A DNA stretch of 64,000 bases from Candidatus Dojkabacteria bacterium. Its GTDB lineage: Bacteria; Patescibacteriota; Dojkabacteria; JAFGLO01. Each line of letters begins with the position of its first letter. Position 1 is the stretch's first letter. The stretch lies in NCBI GenBank assembly GCA_016927995.1, contig JAFGLO010000008.1:2074-66073 (forward strand). Direction: 5' to 3'. The notes under the pieces were generated by a model. The model searched no databases, was not told the DNA's origin, and saw only the letters and a list, made by a program, of their open reading frames with translations. The translations under genes were made by a program, and so were the position numbers. Positions 48,256 to 57,131 of the stretch are shown one piece after another.

Positions 48256-49926
48256 CTATTCATTTTTCAATAGTGCTAGGCGTTTTATTAATCGGTTAAA
48301 GGCCTTTGTTGTCTCTCTGCCTTGTAACCCAGTTTTCAATGTAGTTATTTGGGACTGAATTTTTCGAATTTTTATTTCTTTTACCAATCTTTTAAGATCG
48401 GCTTCAAGAATAGTAAGGTCGTCACTTGGAAGAAGATAAACCTTAAGAAGTTTCCAGGTAGATTCAAGCTTTTCGGGTGGAGTCGTTTTTATTCCGGCTT
48501 TGACGATGTGTGCAAGAATTTTTTGTAAAACGGGTGTTTGAAGGCTTGATGGTTTTACAAAGTTTGATTTCTTTCTAAGTGTTTTTACCTGGATTAAGAT
48601 TGCCAGATAATATTTTTCTCGTTCCATGATTCCCTTATTCTTATGAACAACTTCGTTTATTGTTTCGGTGAAATCTTCTTTTAAGGTAGATTTGGTTAAA
48701 TTTTCAATCGTTTCAGAAGTAAGTTCAAAAAAATCTGAAACAGTGTCAATATAACTACGCTTGGTTACAGGATCAGTTACTCCGGTTATGAGCTTTACAA
48801 GTAGTGAAAGTACTCTTTTTTTCTGGGCTATTGTCTCCGTAGGAAGTTTGTTAAGCAGGTATTCAATAACGTTTTTTGCTGATTTTATGGCTGAAATATA
48901 AAGTTTAGGGTCTTTCTTAATACATTCGTCAATATCCTTTCCATAAGGGATATTGACAGCGGACACTGAGAATCCCTTTTTATGCGCAATATCGGCAGTT
49001 CGAATCAAAGCTTTCTGACCGGCCAAATCGGAATCAAATGCAACGTATAGATTATCGGTATATTTTTTTATTGACAAAAGTTGATTCTCGGTTAGGCTTG
49101 TTCCCAACGGAGCAACAATATTTTTTACTCCGGTAGAATGGGATGAGATTACATCGGTTTGTCCCTCAACAAGAAGTACAAAGTCTTTTTTAATAATACT
49201 TTGAGAGGCTTCATAAAGTCCAAATAAATTGTCACGTTTTTTAAATATTGGGGTCTCGGGGGAGTTCAAATATTTGGGACGCTTGTCGAATCTGTCTATT
49301 ATTCTTGCACTAAAACCGACTACTCTACCCCGTGTGTCTTTTAGTGGGAAAATAACTCTGTCATAGAATTTGTCGGAAAGCTGTCCTGGTTTTGTAAGTC
49401 CGGATTCAAGAATTTCTTTTGAAGTATACTTCTCTTTTAGTCGCGATGTAAGAAAATTATTTTCTTTGGGTGCATATCCAATATTAAAGTTTTTCCAGAC
49501 AGTTTTAGAGAATCCCCTGTCGGCAAGATACTTTTGAGCCTTAATCCCATGTTTTGATAAAAGTACCTTGTGATAGAAATCGGCAACACGAAAATAAAGA
49601 TCATATAGTTTCTTTTTTGAAGAGGCCTCCGGGTCAGAGTACTTAAACTTGCTAATATCGACACCCGCCTCGGGCGCCAAAATTTCAAGTGCTTCAGGGA
49701 AGTCAACGTGTTGATACTTTTGTACGAAAGATATCAAATCACCACTTTCGCCACAGCCAAAACATTTAAATATTTGCATGTCGGGATTAACGGAAAATGA
49801 TGGAGTTTTCTCTGAATGGAAAGGACAAAGCCCAAAGTAGTTTCGACCTCTTTGAGTAAGTGGAACAATACGTCCAATGTAATCGACAATATCAATTGAC
49901 TCTTTTATTTGATTAGCAATATCCAT
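48256..49926 (-). CDS. dnaG: DNA primase
   Basis: CPFHSEKTPSF, CFGC, KYLNSPET, VEGQTD and FDSDLAG. Confidence 0.97.
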   Translation of the reverse strand: MDIANQIKESIDIVDYIGRIVPLTQRGRNYFGLCPFHSEKTPSFSVNPDMQIFKCFGCGESGDLISFVQKYQHVDFPEALEILAPEAGVDISKFKYSDPEASSKKKLYDLYFRVADFYHKVLLSKHGIKAQKYLADRGFSKTVWKNFNIGYAPKENNFLTSRLKEKYTSKEILESGLTKPGQLSDKFYDRVIFPLKDTRGRVVGFSARIIDRFDKRPKYLNSPETPIFKKRDNLFGLYEASQSIIKKDFVLLVEGQTDVISSHSTGVKNIVAPLGTSLTENQLLSIKKYTDNLYVAFDSDLAGQKALIRTADIAHKKGFSVSAVNIPYGKDIDECIKKDPKLYISAIKSAKNVIEYLLNKLPTETIAQKKRVLSLLVKLITGVTDPVTKRSYIDTVSDFFELTSETIENLTKSTLKEDFTETINEVVHKNKGIMEREKYYLAILIQVKTLRKKSNFVKPSSLQTPVLQKILAHIVKAGIKTTPPEKLESTWKLLKVYLLPSDDLTILEADLKRLVKEIKIRKIQSQITTLKTGLQGRETTKAFNRLIKRLALLKNE

Positions 49927-49966
49927 ATTTCTATTTTACACTACACCACTTTACATAAACAATGCC

Positions 49967-50255
49967 AGTAAAGCAGTAAAGTAGTGAAATAATACTCTCC
50001 GGAAGATACCTATGAGAGAAGTGGCAAGCTTTAACAATAAGGGAAAAACAGACAAAGGGTTCACTTCGAACATAGGAATCAACGGAAGCTTAAACAGTGA
50101 AGTAGTAAGCAGTGAAATAGTGAAGTAATCCTCCGGAAGATACCTATGAGAGAAGTGGCAAGCTTTAACAATAAGGGAAAAACAGATAAAGGGTTCACTT
50201 CGAACATAGGAATCGACAGAAGCTTGCGCAGTAAATCAGTGAAGTAATCTCCGGA
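49967..50255 (+). repeat. Tandem ~95-bp hairpin units separated by AGTGAAGT-type octamer arrays
   Basis: Units 49997-50091 and 50131-50225 differ at 3 positions; a third unit is truncated at 50249. Octamer arrays at 49967-49990, 50096-50126 and 50230-50245. Confidence 0.9.
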
Positions 50256-50278
50256 GAGCTGAAGATCTATTACATGAA

Positions 50279-51595
50279 TTATTTAATCGATTGACCGGCA
50301 ACACGTTTCAAGTCACTTGGGAAAAGTGTAGCCTCTCGAATGTTTTTAAGTTCGAAGATCTGCATTGTCATTCGCTCGAGTCCAAATGAGAATCCACCCT
50401 CAGCAGGTATTCCATACTTGAAAGCCTCAAGGTAATGAGGATATTTTTCAAGTGTGAGCCCTTTTTCCTTCATATTGGCAATCAATTTATCATATTCGTG
50501 AATTCTATGGGTTCCTGATAACCACTCCAGTCCCCTACAAACAAGGTCATAACTTAATGATTCATCCGGATCGTCGGGATTATTCCAGGTATAGAAATTT
50601 TTATTTTTCTTGAAGTTTAGAACCCAAACAAAATCTGAACTGTAATTCTTTTTACTCCACTCCCCTAAAAACTTCTCATCCTCCGGGTCAAGATCAAGTT
50701 CTTCACGTTTACTACTTTTTCCTGTTTCTTTTTCGATTAACTTGTGTATTTCTTTGACTTTAATTCTTGGGAATTTATCTTTGGGAAGTAATGGAAGCGT
50801 AACTCCACAAGTTTTTATATCGGCACTATGGTTTTCCTCAAGATATTTAATAATATCACGTACGGTTTGCTCTGCAACATCTAGGATCTCATCATAGCTA
50901 TCAATAAAGCCCATTTCAGCATCGAGTTGGGTTAGTTCCATTATATGTCGACTTGTATTGTGCTTTTCTGCCCTGAAGGCCGATGCAATTGTAAAGACCT
51001 TTCCAAAAACGCCAACCATTATTTGTTTGTGAATCTGTGGGCTTTGTGCCAAGTATGCCTTTTTGTCATAATATTTGACTTCAAAAACATCCGCCCCACT
51101 TTCCGAAGGTACTCCAAGTAAAACAGGTGCTCTAAACTGAATAAATCCCTGTCTGATTAGTGATTCCGAGAATGCTCTTAGAATCCCCGCCTGGGTCTTA
51201 AAAATTGCCCTGTGTTTTTCGTTTCTAAGGGTAAGTGATCTGTGGTCAAGATCGGTATCCAGATTTATATCCAGATCTTTTTTATAATATTCAACCGGTG
51301 GAGGTTCCTTGACTTTAACTAATATTTTAACGGTTGGGTTAACAATTTCGTAAGTATAGTCACGGGAGTTTGATTTCTTAAGTATACCTTCAACCTCAAG
51401 TACAGATCCTGCGTAGATGTTAGTTAATTCAGACACGACATCTCTCTTATCCAAAACAAGTTGAATTAAATTATTGTCAAATCTAAGTGTAGCAAAAGCA
51501 ATCTTTCCAATGTCTCTAAAGTCATTTAGCCATCCTCGAACGGTAATAGTTTTATCAATATTTGAGGAAAATTCGTTAAGACTGCGAAGTCTCAT
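50279..51595 (-). CDS. aspS: Aspartate--tRNA(Asp/Asn) ligase, archaeal-type (no GAD insert)
   Basis: YLAQSPQ, FRAEKHNTSRH and GGFSFGLER; 438 aa. Confidence 0.93.
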   Translation of the reverse strand: MRLRSLNEFSSNIDKTITVRGWLNDFRDIGKIAFATLRFDNNLIQLVLDKRDVVSELTNIYAGSVLEVEGILKKSNSRDYTYEIVNPTVKILVKVKEPPPVEYYKKDLDINLDTDLDHRSLTLRNEKHRAIFKTQAGILRAFSESLIRQGFIQFRAPVLLGVPSESGADVFEVKYYDKKAYLAQSPQIHKQIMVGVFGKVFTIASAFRAEKHNTSRHIMELTQLDAEMGFIDSYDEILDVAEQTVRDIIKYLEENHSADIKTCGVTLPLLPKDKFPRIKVKEIHKLIEKETGKSSKREELDLDPEDEKFLGEWSKKNYSSDFVWVLNFKKNKNFYTWNNPDDPDESLSYDLVCRGLEWLSGTHRIHEYDKLIANMKEKGLTLEKYPHYLEAFKYGIPAEGGFSFGLERMTMQIFELKNIREATLFPSDLKRVAGQSIK

Positions 51596-51670
51596 AGTTA
51601 TAGAGATTTAGTTTATGTTATTTATTATACAGTAATACGGTAAAAGAGTGTGTAATGAGATAATCAACAA

Positions 51671-52045
51671 CTAATAATCAAACGGATAAAGTACAGACAA
51701 CCAAGTGAAAATGAATTCCTCAATTGGGGTATCAGTTGAAGCTTCAATTTCCTTGAGAGAGTTTTCGGGCTTCCCCGGAAAGTACACCACAATCTCTCCC
51801 GGTTTTGAATAATCCAGTCTCGTTCGTGCCTCCCTTTCAACAAATTCTAAGTTATCTGAAAGTATCTCCTTTTCTTGTAGCATAATTTGTAAATATTCGT
51901 ATCGTTTTTTATCTGCATATGCTGTTACTTCCGACTGAATTGTGCGCTTATAACCTAATTCTATGATTACAACATAAGTTTGGTAAAAGAAATATACAGA
52001 AAAGAGTGTAAGTAGAATTGTAAGTACAAGTTTTGGCAGTTTCAT
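51671..52045 (-). CDS. Septum formation initiator (FtsB/DivIC-like)
   Basis: TM plus coiled coil, then EFVEREARTRLDYSKPGEIV. Confidence 0.8.
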   Translation of the reverse strand: MKLPKLVLTILLTLFSVYFFYQTYVVIIELGYKRTIQSEVTAYADKKRYEYLQIMLQEKEILSDNLEFVEREARTRLDYSKPGEIVVYFPGKPENSLKEIEASTDTPIEEFIFTWLSVLYPFDY

Positions 52046-52064
52046 ACTCTAATTATAACGTACT

Positions 52065-52928
52065 TTACAGTTCAATGTCCTTTGCCTTTGGTTCCTCAAC
52101 CTGCATTAAATTTTTGTATCGATCGGTTGTTGAGAGGTTCTTGTGTCCAACAATCTCTGCAACTTTTTCTTTTGGAACTTTGTTTGCAAGACAATAAGCA
52201 ATATAAGTGTTTCTTAAATCGTTGACGGTGGCGTTTTCTACGCCGGCCTTTTTGAAAATACGAAGCAGTGAAGTTCTAAGATTACGAACAATTATTGGTT
52301 TCGCCGTACGGGTAATGTAGATATAGTCACTATTTACCTCAGGTCTTACCGACAGCCACCTTTTTAGTGCAGTATAGGATTTGTTGTTCAGTTGAACATT
52401 TCTTTCGGGTTGACTTTGGTACTTGTCAATAAATAGAGATGGCTTGGGTGAAGAGTCTTTAAAATCCGAGACCTTTAATCGGACTAATTCACCTACCCTA
52501 AGTCCAGTCTGTAACAGTATTTCGATTATACTGTAAAGTTTTGTGTCGCTTGCGCTTGCATCACGAATTGCACGATATTCAGTTTGTGACAGTACACGTG
52601 GAGGTGCATTTCTAAATTTGGGATGAGAAAGATCCTTAGCTGTGTTTTCCGGAATAAGCCCTTGTTTGTTTAAGAACCTAAACAATAATCGAACACTGTT
52701 TACCTTCCTTGAAATACTCTTGACGGAATATTTTTGAGTATTAAGGTGAGTTTTAAAGTCGTTTAGAACGTCAAGCGGAACTTTTTCAATTGCGTCATAA
52801 TCTCGAGAACCTAGATATGCTACAAGTTGTCTTAGATCGTTGATATAAGATTGTATTGTGTACTTGGAACGATTCTTCTGAACTAAGTGCTCTTCGAGTA
52901 GTTTAAGGGCTTCGTCGTATCTAATCAC
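52065..52928 (-). CDS. Tyrosine recombinase (XerC/D-like)
   Basis: TIQSYINDL, TGLRVGEL, VNDLRNT and VGHKNLSTTDRY. Confidence 0.88.
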   Translation of the reverse strand: MIRYDEALKLLEEHLVQKNRSKYTIQSYINDLRQLVAYLGSRDYDAIEKVPLDVLNDFKTHLNTQKYSVKSISRKVNSVRLLFRFLNKQGLIPENTAKDLSHPKFRNAPPRVLSQTEYRAIRDASASDTKLYSIIEILLQTGLRVGELVRLKVSDFKDSSPKPSLFIDKYQSQPERNVQLNNKSYTALKRWLSVRPEVNSDYIYITRTAKPIIVRNLRTSLLRIFKKAGVENATVNDLRNTYIAYCLANKVPKEKVAEIVGHKNLSTTDRYKNLMQVEEPKAKDIEL

Positions 52929-52991
52929 GTTGTCGTATAATAGATAATTTATTTTTGATTATAGCATTGAAAACCTGTAGGTGCAACCTCT

Positions 52992-53273
52992 TTATTTTTT
53001 ATCCCTTTTTTTAATTATTGCCCTAACCCAATAAGGTTTATCGGGTACGGGGTCAAATGCAGGTCTGTTAAAGGGATTACAGCTTAAAACCCTTAGAAAT
53101 CCCATCCATAATCCACGAATAGTTCCAAATCGTTCTACGGCAATCTTGGTGTACTCTGAACAGCTTGGTTGATATATGCAAACTCTGAACCTGTCAGGAT
53201 TTGCCCATATTGCATGGTCAAACGATAGTGTTTTCTGGTATAGTGCTATCGTTTTTATTACTAAATTGCGCAT
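52992..53273 (-). CDS. yidD: Membrane protein insertion efficiency factor YidD
   Basis: YQKTLS, CIYQPSCSEY and RVLSCNPF...FDPVP. Confidence 0.92.
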   Translation of the reverse strand: MRNLVIKTIALYQKTLSFDHAIWANPDRFRVCIYQPSCSEYTKIAVERFGTIRGLWMGFLRVLSCNPFNRPAFDPVPDKPYWVRAIIKKRDKK

Positions 53274-53456
53274 AATTAACCTCTTTTGTTGTCAGGGGTT
53301 GTTAACATTTTGGGCTGAGACCGATTTTGATTAACACCCTGTAATAAAAGATTGTACAAACTAATAACATAAGTGACCGGTATGATCAAACATTTATTAT
53401 ACCACACCGGACGTGTTGTCCGAATTACATAAACAGTCTAATATAACTTTGTTTTT

Positions 53457-54980
53457 ATGGAAAGAGCAGGTTGTCCCTTACAAACCGAAGCGTTGCAAGG
53501 AGTTGAATGGATATATGCGCGAGTAGCGCCCAAGTTGGCAGTTCTAGGCCCTTCCGGAGATATTATTGATCTTGGAGAAGAAGTCGGAAGGATTTTGGCT
53601 ATTAATTTAGCCATGGATGCAGGTAATACGGACCCAGATACAGACATAAGCCCTCCTCCTTTAAACTTATTTGACCTTATTCCGGAACAATATAAAGGAA
53701 TTTGTCATCCTAGATTGCAAGAATTTCTGTATCCCTGTGACGGCGGTAGTGGTTGTGTGCCTTCTTCCTTGTTAATTCCGGTTACGGTAACTTCTAATTG
53801 TAATGGTTCTGGATGGCAATGGGTTAGTGTTGCGTTACTTGGTAGAGATGCCGACAGGATTGCGATTACCATTGATACCGTTGATACACGGGCATATATA
53901 GAGGCAATGCTTTCGGATATTGTTTCGAAGCTTTCTTTTCCTGCAGTTATATTGGAACCAACGGATGATGAAGTATCTATCAGTTGTTACAACAGCGCCT
54001 TTGGAAGCCTGGTTGGATGTGATGCCGGAGATATATCTGGTCGGTCATTGACAACGATTTTTCCTCAGGATGATGAGTTCTCTCAAATAATTATTGAACA
54101 TATGGTTTCGGGTGAAAATATGATTCCTCTTATTGAAACGGAAATAATTAGATCCGATGGAGTTCCTCTAACCGTGTGGCTATGTACCGTTCCAATCGTA
54201 ATTTCGGGTCAACCGAGGATTCTATCAATCTTTGTTGACGTTACACGTTACAAACAAGCCGAAGGTGTTGGAGCCGAAGATGTGTTAAGGAACATAAATA
54301 TGGCTTCACAAAGTTGGGCGCATGATGTAAGAAATCTGATTGGTCTAATTAAATTAGGTCTTGACCTTTTAATGCTTCCGGATACAGACCAAGACACTGT
54401 GCCGGAGACCGTAGGTCAGTTACAAGTTTCTTTGGAACGAATGGAAATCGCTCTTTCCTCTTTGATGACATATATTGACCTTCTGACAGAAAGAAATTTC
54501 GAGATGGGACAGATCAGTATTGTTGAACTCCTTGAGCGGGTAAGAGCAGGCCTTAATGGAACTGCAGTTTGTAATAATGTTAACGTAACTTTTTCACCTA
54601 TTGAGTTCCTGAATCACAATATTCTTGCAAACCGGTCTCTTGCCTTGGTTGTTATGGAAAATCTTATTATTAACGCTATCAAATATACTGCAGTCAAAGA
54701 AGGAAGGAGAGATGTTGTAATAAGTGCCACGTCGGCACCGGATGAAATCCAAATCTCTGTAGCCGACACAGGTATTGGCATTCCTGAAACCGAGCTTGGT
54801 CATATTTTTAATAGACTTACCAGAGCTAGTAATGTTGGAGATATTAGTGGTAGAGGTATTGGGCTTGCAACAGTACAGCTTGCGTGTATTGCTATGGGTT
54901 GGAGAATCTTCGTTGAAAGCAAAGAAGGACACGGAACAACATTTACTATATATATTCCTCAAACGGAACCGACAACTTAA
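53457..54980 (+). CDS. Cytoplasmic PAS-domain sensor histidine kinase
   Basis: PAS/PAC region, H-box AHDVRN, NLIINAIKY, DTGIGI, GRGIGL and GTTF. Confidence 0.88.
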   Translation: MERAGCPLQTEALQGVEWIYARVAPKLAVLGPSGDIIDLGEEVGRILAINLAMDAGNTDPDTDISPPPLNLFDLIPEQYKGICHPRLQEFLYPCDGGSGCVPSSLLIPVTVTSNCNGSGWQWVSVALLGRDADRIAITIDTVDTRAYIEAMLSDIVSKLSFPAVILEPTDDEVSISCYNSAFGSLVGCDAGDISGRSLTTIFPQDDEFSQIIIEHMVSGENMIPLIETEIIRSDGVPLTVWLCTVPIVISGQPRILSIFVDVTRYKQAEGVGAEDVLRNINMASQSWAHDVRNLIGLIKLGLDLLMLPDTDQDTVPETVGQLQVSLERMEIALSSLMTYIDLLTERNFEMGQISIVELLERVRAGLNGTAVCNNVNVTFSPIEFLNHNILANRSLALVVMENLIINAIKYTAVKEGRRDVVISATSAPDEIQISVADTGIGIPETELGHIFNRLTRASNVGDISGRGIGLATVQLACIAMGWRIFVESKEGHGTTFTIYIPQTEPTT

Positions 54981-54990
54981 GGTAAACTGA

Positions 54991-55006
54991 GTTTCCACGT
55001 GGAAAT
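54991..55006. other. parS-like palindrome 1
   Basis: GTTTCCACGTGGAAAT, between two convergent stop codons. Confidence 0.5.
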
Positions 55007-55008
55007 TA

Positions 55009-55620
55009 CTAACCTAAAAACCACTTCTCAACCTTGGTTCCCTTAAAAATGGTTCCAATAAAATAAGCTAGCAGTATCCCTGTTGCTATATCTATGGAAT
55101 AGTGACCTTGTGACCAGATAAGTGTAAAAAATTCTCCAATAAGGGCAAAAAACGAAATTGATTTAAGTCTCTTATCCGATTTCTTGTCAATAAGCATCCA
55201 CATGAGAGTTATTGAAGCCATATGACCCGATGGTATCATTCCGTGTTGATGATAATTAAGCCAGACTCCAATACTGTACAAATCACCATTTCCGGTTGGA
55301 CGTGCCGGTGGTGATAATATAACCATAAACGATCTTATCAAGTATATTGCGCCAAACAAAAACACATAATAAGAAAATTTCGACTTGTTTTTTTGTAGAT
55401 AGAATAAGAAACATAATAATGAGCTTATCCAGAACACATCGGTTAACCATTCTGTCCACTGGATATACCCGAAAATGTCGAACAGCAGGTCAGGAAGTAT
55501 TGGCCTGTTTGGATAAAAGGTTTGAATTAAGTCGCTACTGATTTTTGCGCTAACGATACCGAAAAGCAAAACAGCAGTTGCAACAAGATACTGAGTGATT
55601 TGTGGTTTGGTTCGTTTCAT
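55009..55620 (-). CDS. PAP2-superfamily / sphingomyelin-synthase-like phosphotransferase
   Basis: 6 TM helices; LPDLLF, RSFMVILSP, PSGH and GHYSIDI. Confidence 0.75.
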   Translation of the reverse strand: MKRTKPQITQYLVATAVLLFGIVSAKISSDLIQTFYPNRPILPDLLFDIFGYIQWTEWLTDVFWISSLLCFLFYLQKNKSKFSYYVFLFGAIYLIRSFMVILSPPARPTGNGDLYSIGVWLNYHQHGMIPSGHMASITLMWMLIDKKSDKRLKSISFFALIGEFFTLIWSQGHYSIDIATGILLAYFIGTIFKGTKVEKWFLG

Positions 55621-55623
55621 TTT

Positions 55624-55639
55624 GTTTTCACGTGGAAAC
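55624..55639. other. parS-like palindrome 2
   Basis: GTTTTCACGTGGAAAC, filling the 19-bp trmB/PAP2 gap. Confidence 0.5.
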
Positions 55640-56440
55640 TTAAATTAGTTTTGCCGCTCCGTGATCATTAAGAACCTTAAATTTACCGCCTCTTGTCCAA
55701 ATGAAATCAAATATCTGTTTTTGCATTTTGGCAAGGCGTGCGTTGTAAATTTCAACACAAAAGATTTCGCCGTCCACATAATTATATAGTGCAACAACAT
55801 TATTATACACCAGTATTTCGACACCCATCGAAAGTTCATTGGGATCAACATATCGAAGTTGCCAATAGTTTTTTACCATTTCTGTAACATTTGTCCAGCC
55901 TTCAATCGCTGGTTCATTTGTTAATTCATGTGTTTGAACCTTGTTTTTTACAAATTCAAGCCTAGTATACTCACAGAAGTCATAGTTTAAGAAGGCTGAC
56001 ATCTCATTTATCTCGAAAATCCTTAGTATTCCCTTGGCTTTTGAACTGTTCCATGTGACCTGTTTTAACCCTTCTATTCCTGTGTAGGACTTTATTTCAA
56101 ACGATTTTTGATTTTGCATTGACAACAAAGTAAGTTCTCTAAGTGTTGGAGGTAAAAGTCGTTTAAGTTTTTTAACTGACTGCTCTTTTTCGGCAACCAG
56201 ATTTTTTAGGGTTTCGGTCCCTGTTGTTTCGTAGCTTCTTTTTGTATCGGTAAGATTTTCATTTACAATTCCCAGGTTCTTAAGATGATCAAGTGTTCTG
56301 TAGACCGTAGTTTTGGGAATTTTTATGGCACGAGATATGGCGGTTGCGGTTAAATTTTTACTTTTATTCAAAAGCAAGTAAACAGATATGTCTTTTTCGG
56401 ATAAGCCAAGCAATTTTAAGGTATTATTAATCTGGTCCAT
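55640..56440 (-). CDS. TrmB-family transcriptional regulator
   Basis: LGLSEKDISVYL...IPKTTVYRTL, YTGIEG and EILVYNNVV. Confidence 0.88.
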   Translation of the reverse strand: MDQINNTLKLLGLSEKDISVYLLLNKSKNLTATAISRAIKIPKTTVYRTLDHLKNLGIVNENLTDTKRSYETTGTETLKNLVAEKEQSVKKLKRLLPPTLRELTLLSMQNQKSFEIKSYTGIEGLKQVTWNSSKAKGILRIFEINEMSAFLNYDFCEYTRLEFVKNKVQTHELTNEPAIEGWTNVTEMVKNYWQLRYVDPNELSMGVEILVYNNVVALYNYVDGEIFCVEIYNARLAKMQKQIFDFIWTRGGKFKVLNDHGAAKLI

Positions 56441-56566
56441 ATTTTGGTCAGTGTTAAGTCTGTTCGTTTAATAATAGCATGTCTGCCGGTCCGCTACAAC
56501 GGACGACTGTGTGACGAAATCATCCCATAAAAAGTAAAATTAAGTGTAAATTAGAAATGGATTATC

Positions 56567-57055
56567 GTGTTTAGAGTTTGTGTTCTTAGAGATAACAAAA
56601 CAGCAAAAGAGATAGGCGAGTTTTTGACCTCCAGATATGCGTTTGACCAGACATGGGCACCCAATGAAAAGGCGATGGTTCGAAAAGCTGCAGTCGATAG
56701 TCTAAAGAATAAAAATCATCAATATTGGTATGTTAAGAATGAGGGGAAAATAATCGCTGCGATTGGAGTAAGAGAAAATAAGTATGGAAGTGGCGGATAT
56801 GAGATGGATTCAGATTATTTAGCTGTACACAGTAATTTTCGAAAAAAAGGTGTCGGAACGTTGTTGATTTTGGCAATGGAGACGTTTGTTAAGGACAGGA
56901 AGGGTAGATATATTCACATACTGACCTGTGATATTGACTCATACAAACCAGCGCTTAAGTTTTATGAGAAAAATGGATACAAGAGAGTTGCTAATATTCC
57001 GAATTACTATGTAAAAGGGGAGGGGAGAATTGACCTTTTGAAGGAGTTTACTTAA
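56567..57055 (+). CDS. GNAT-family N-acetyltransferase
   Basis: LAVHSNFRKKGVGT and ALKFYEKNGY. Start uncertain. Confidence 0.85.
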   Translation: MFRVCVLRDNKTAKEIGEFLTSRYAFDQTWAPNEKAMVRKAAVDSLKNKNHQYWYVKNEGKIIAAIGVRENKYGSGGYEMDSDYLAVHSNFRKKGVGTLLILAMETFVKDRKGRYIHILTCDIDSYKPALKFYEKNGYKRVANIPNYYVKGEGRIDLLKEFT

Positions 57056-57131
57056 CTATTTTGATCGGTTTTGTAGATATTTTATTAATATAACGGTATA
57101 CTGATATATTATCTAACTTTAATGTTTTTCC

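Noticed and set aside
49997-50225. T-box riboswitch (AGAGA and GAA loops, next to aspS)
   Set aside because: It lies downstream of and antisense to aspS, and has no UGGNACC T-box antiterminator.
49967-50255. CRISPR array or integron attC cassette interpretation of the tandem repeat
   Set aside because: The long units are the conserved part, with no unique spacers. There are no cas genes, no clear RYYYAAC/GTTRRRY ends and no cassette ORFs.
52065-52928. Prophage or integrative element around the tyrosine recombinase
   Set aside because: Flanked by core genes (ftsB-like, aspS, yidD), with no phage genes or att repeats.
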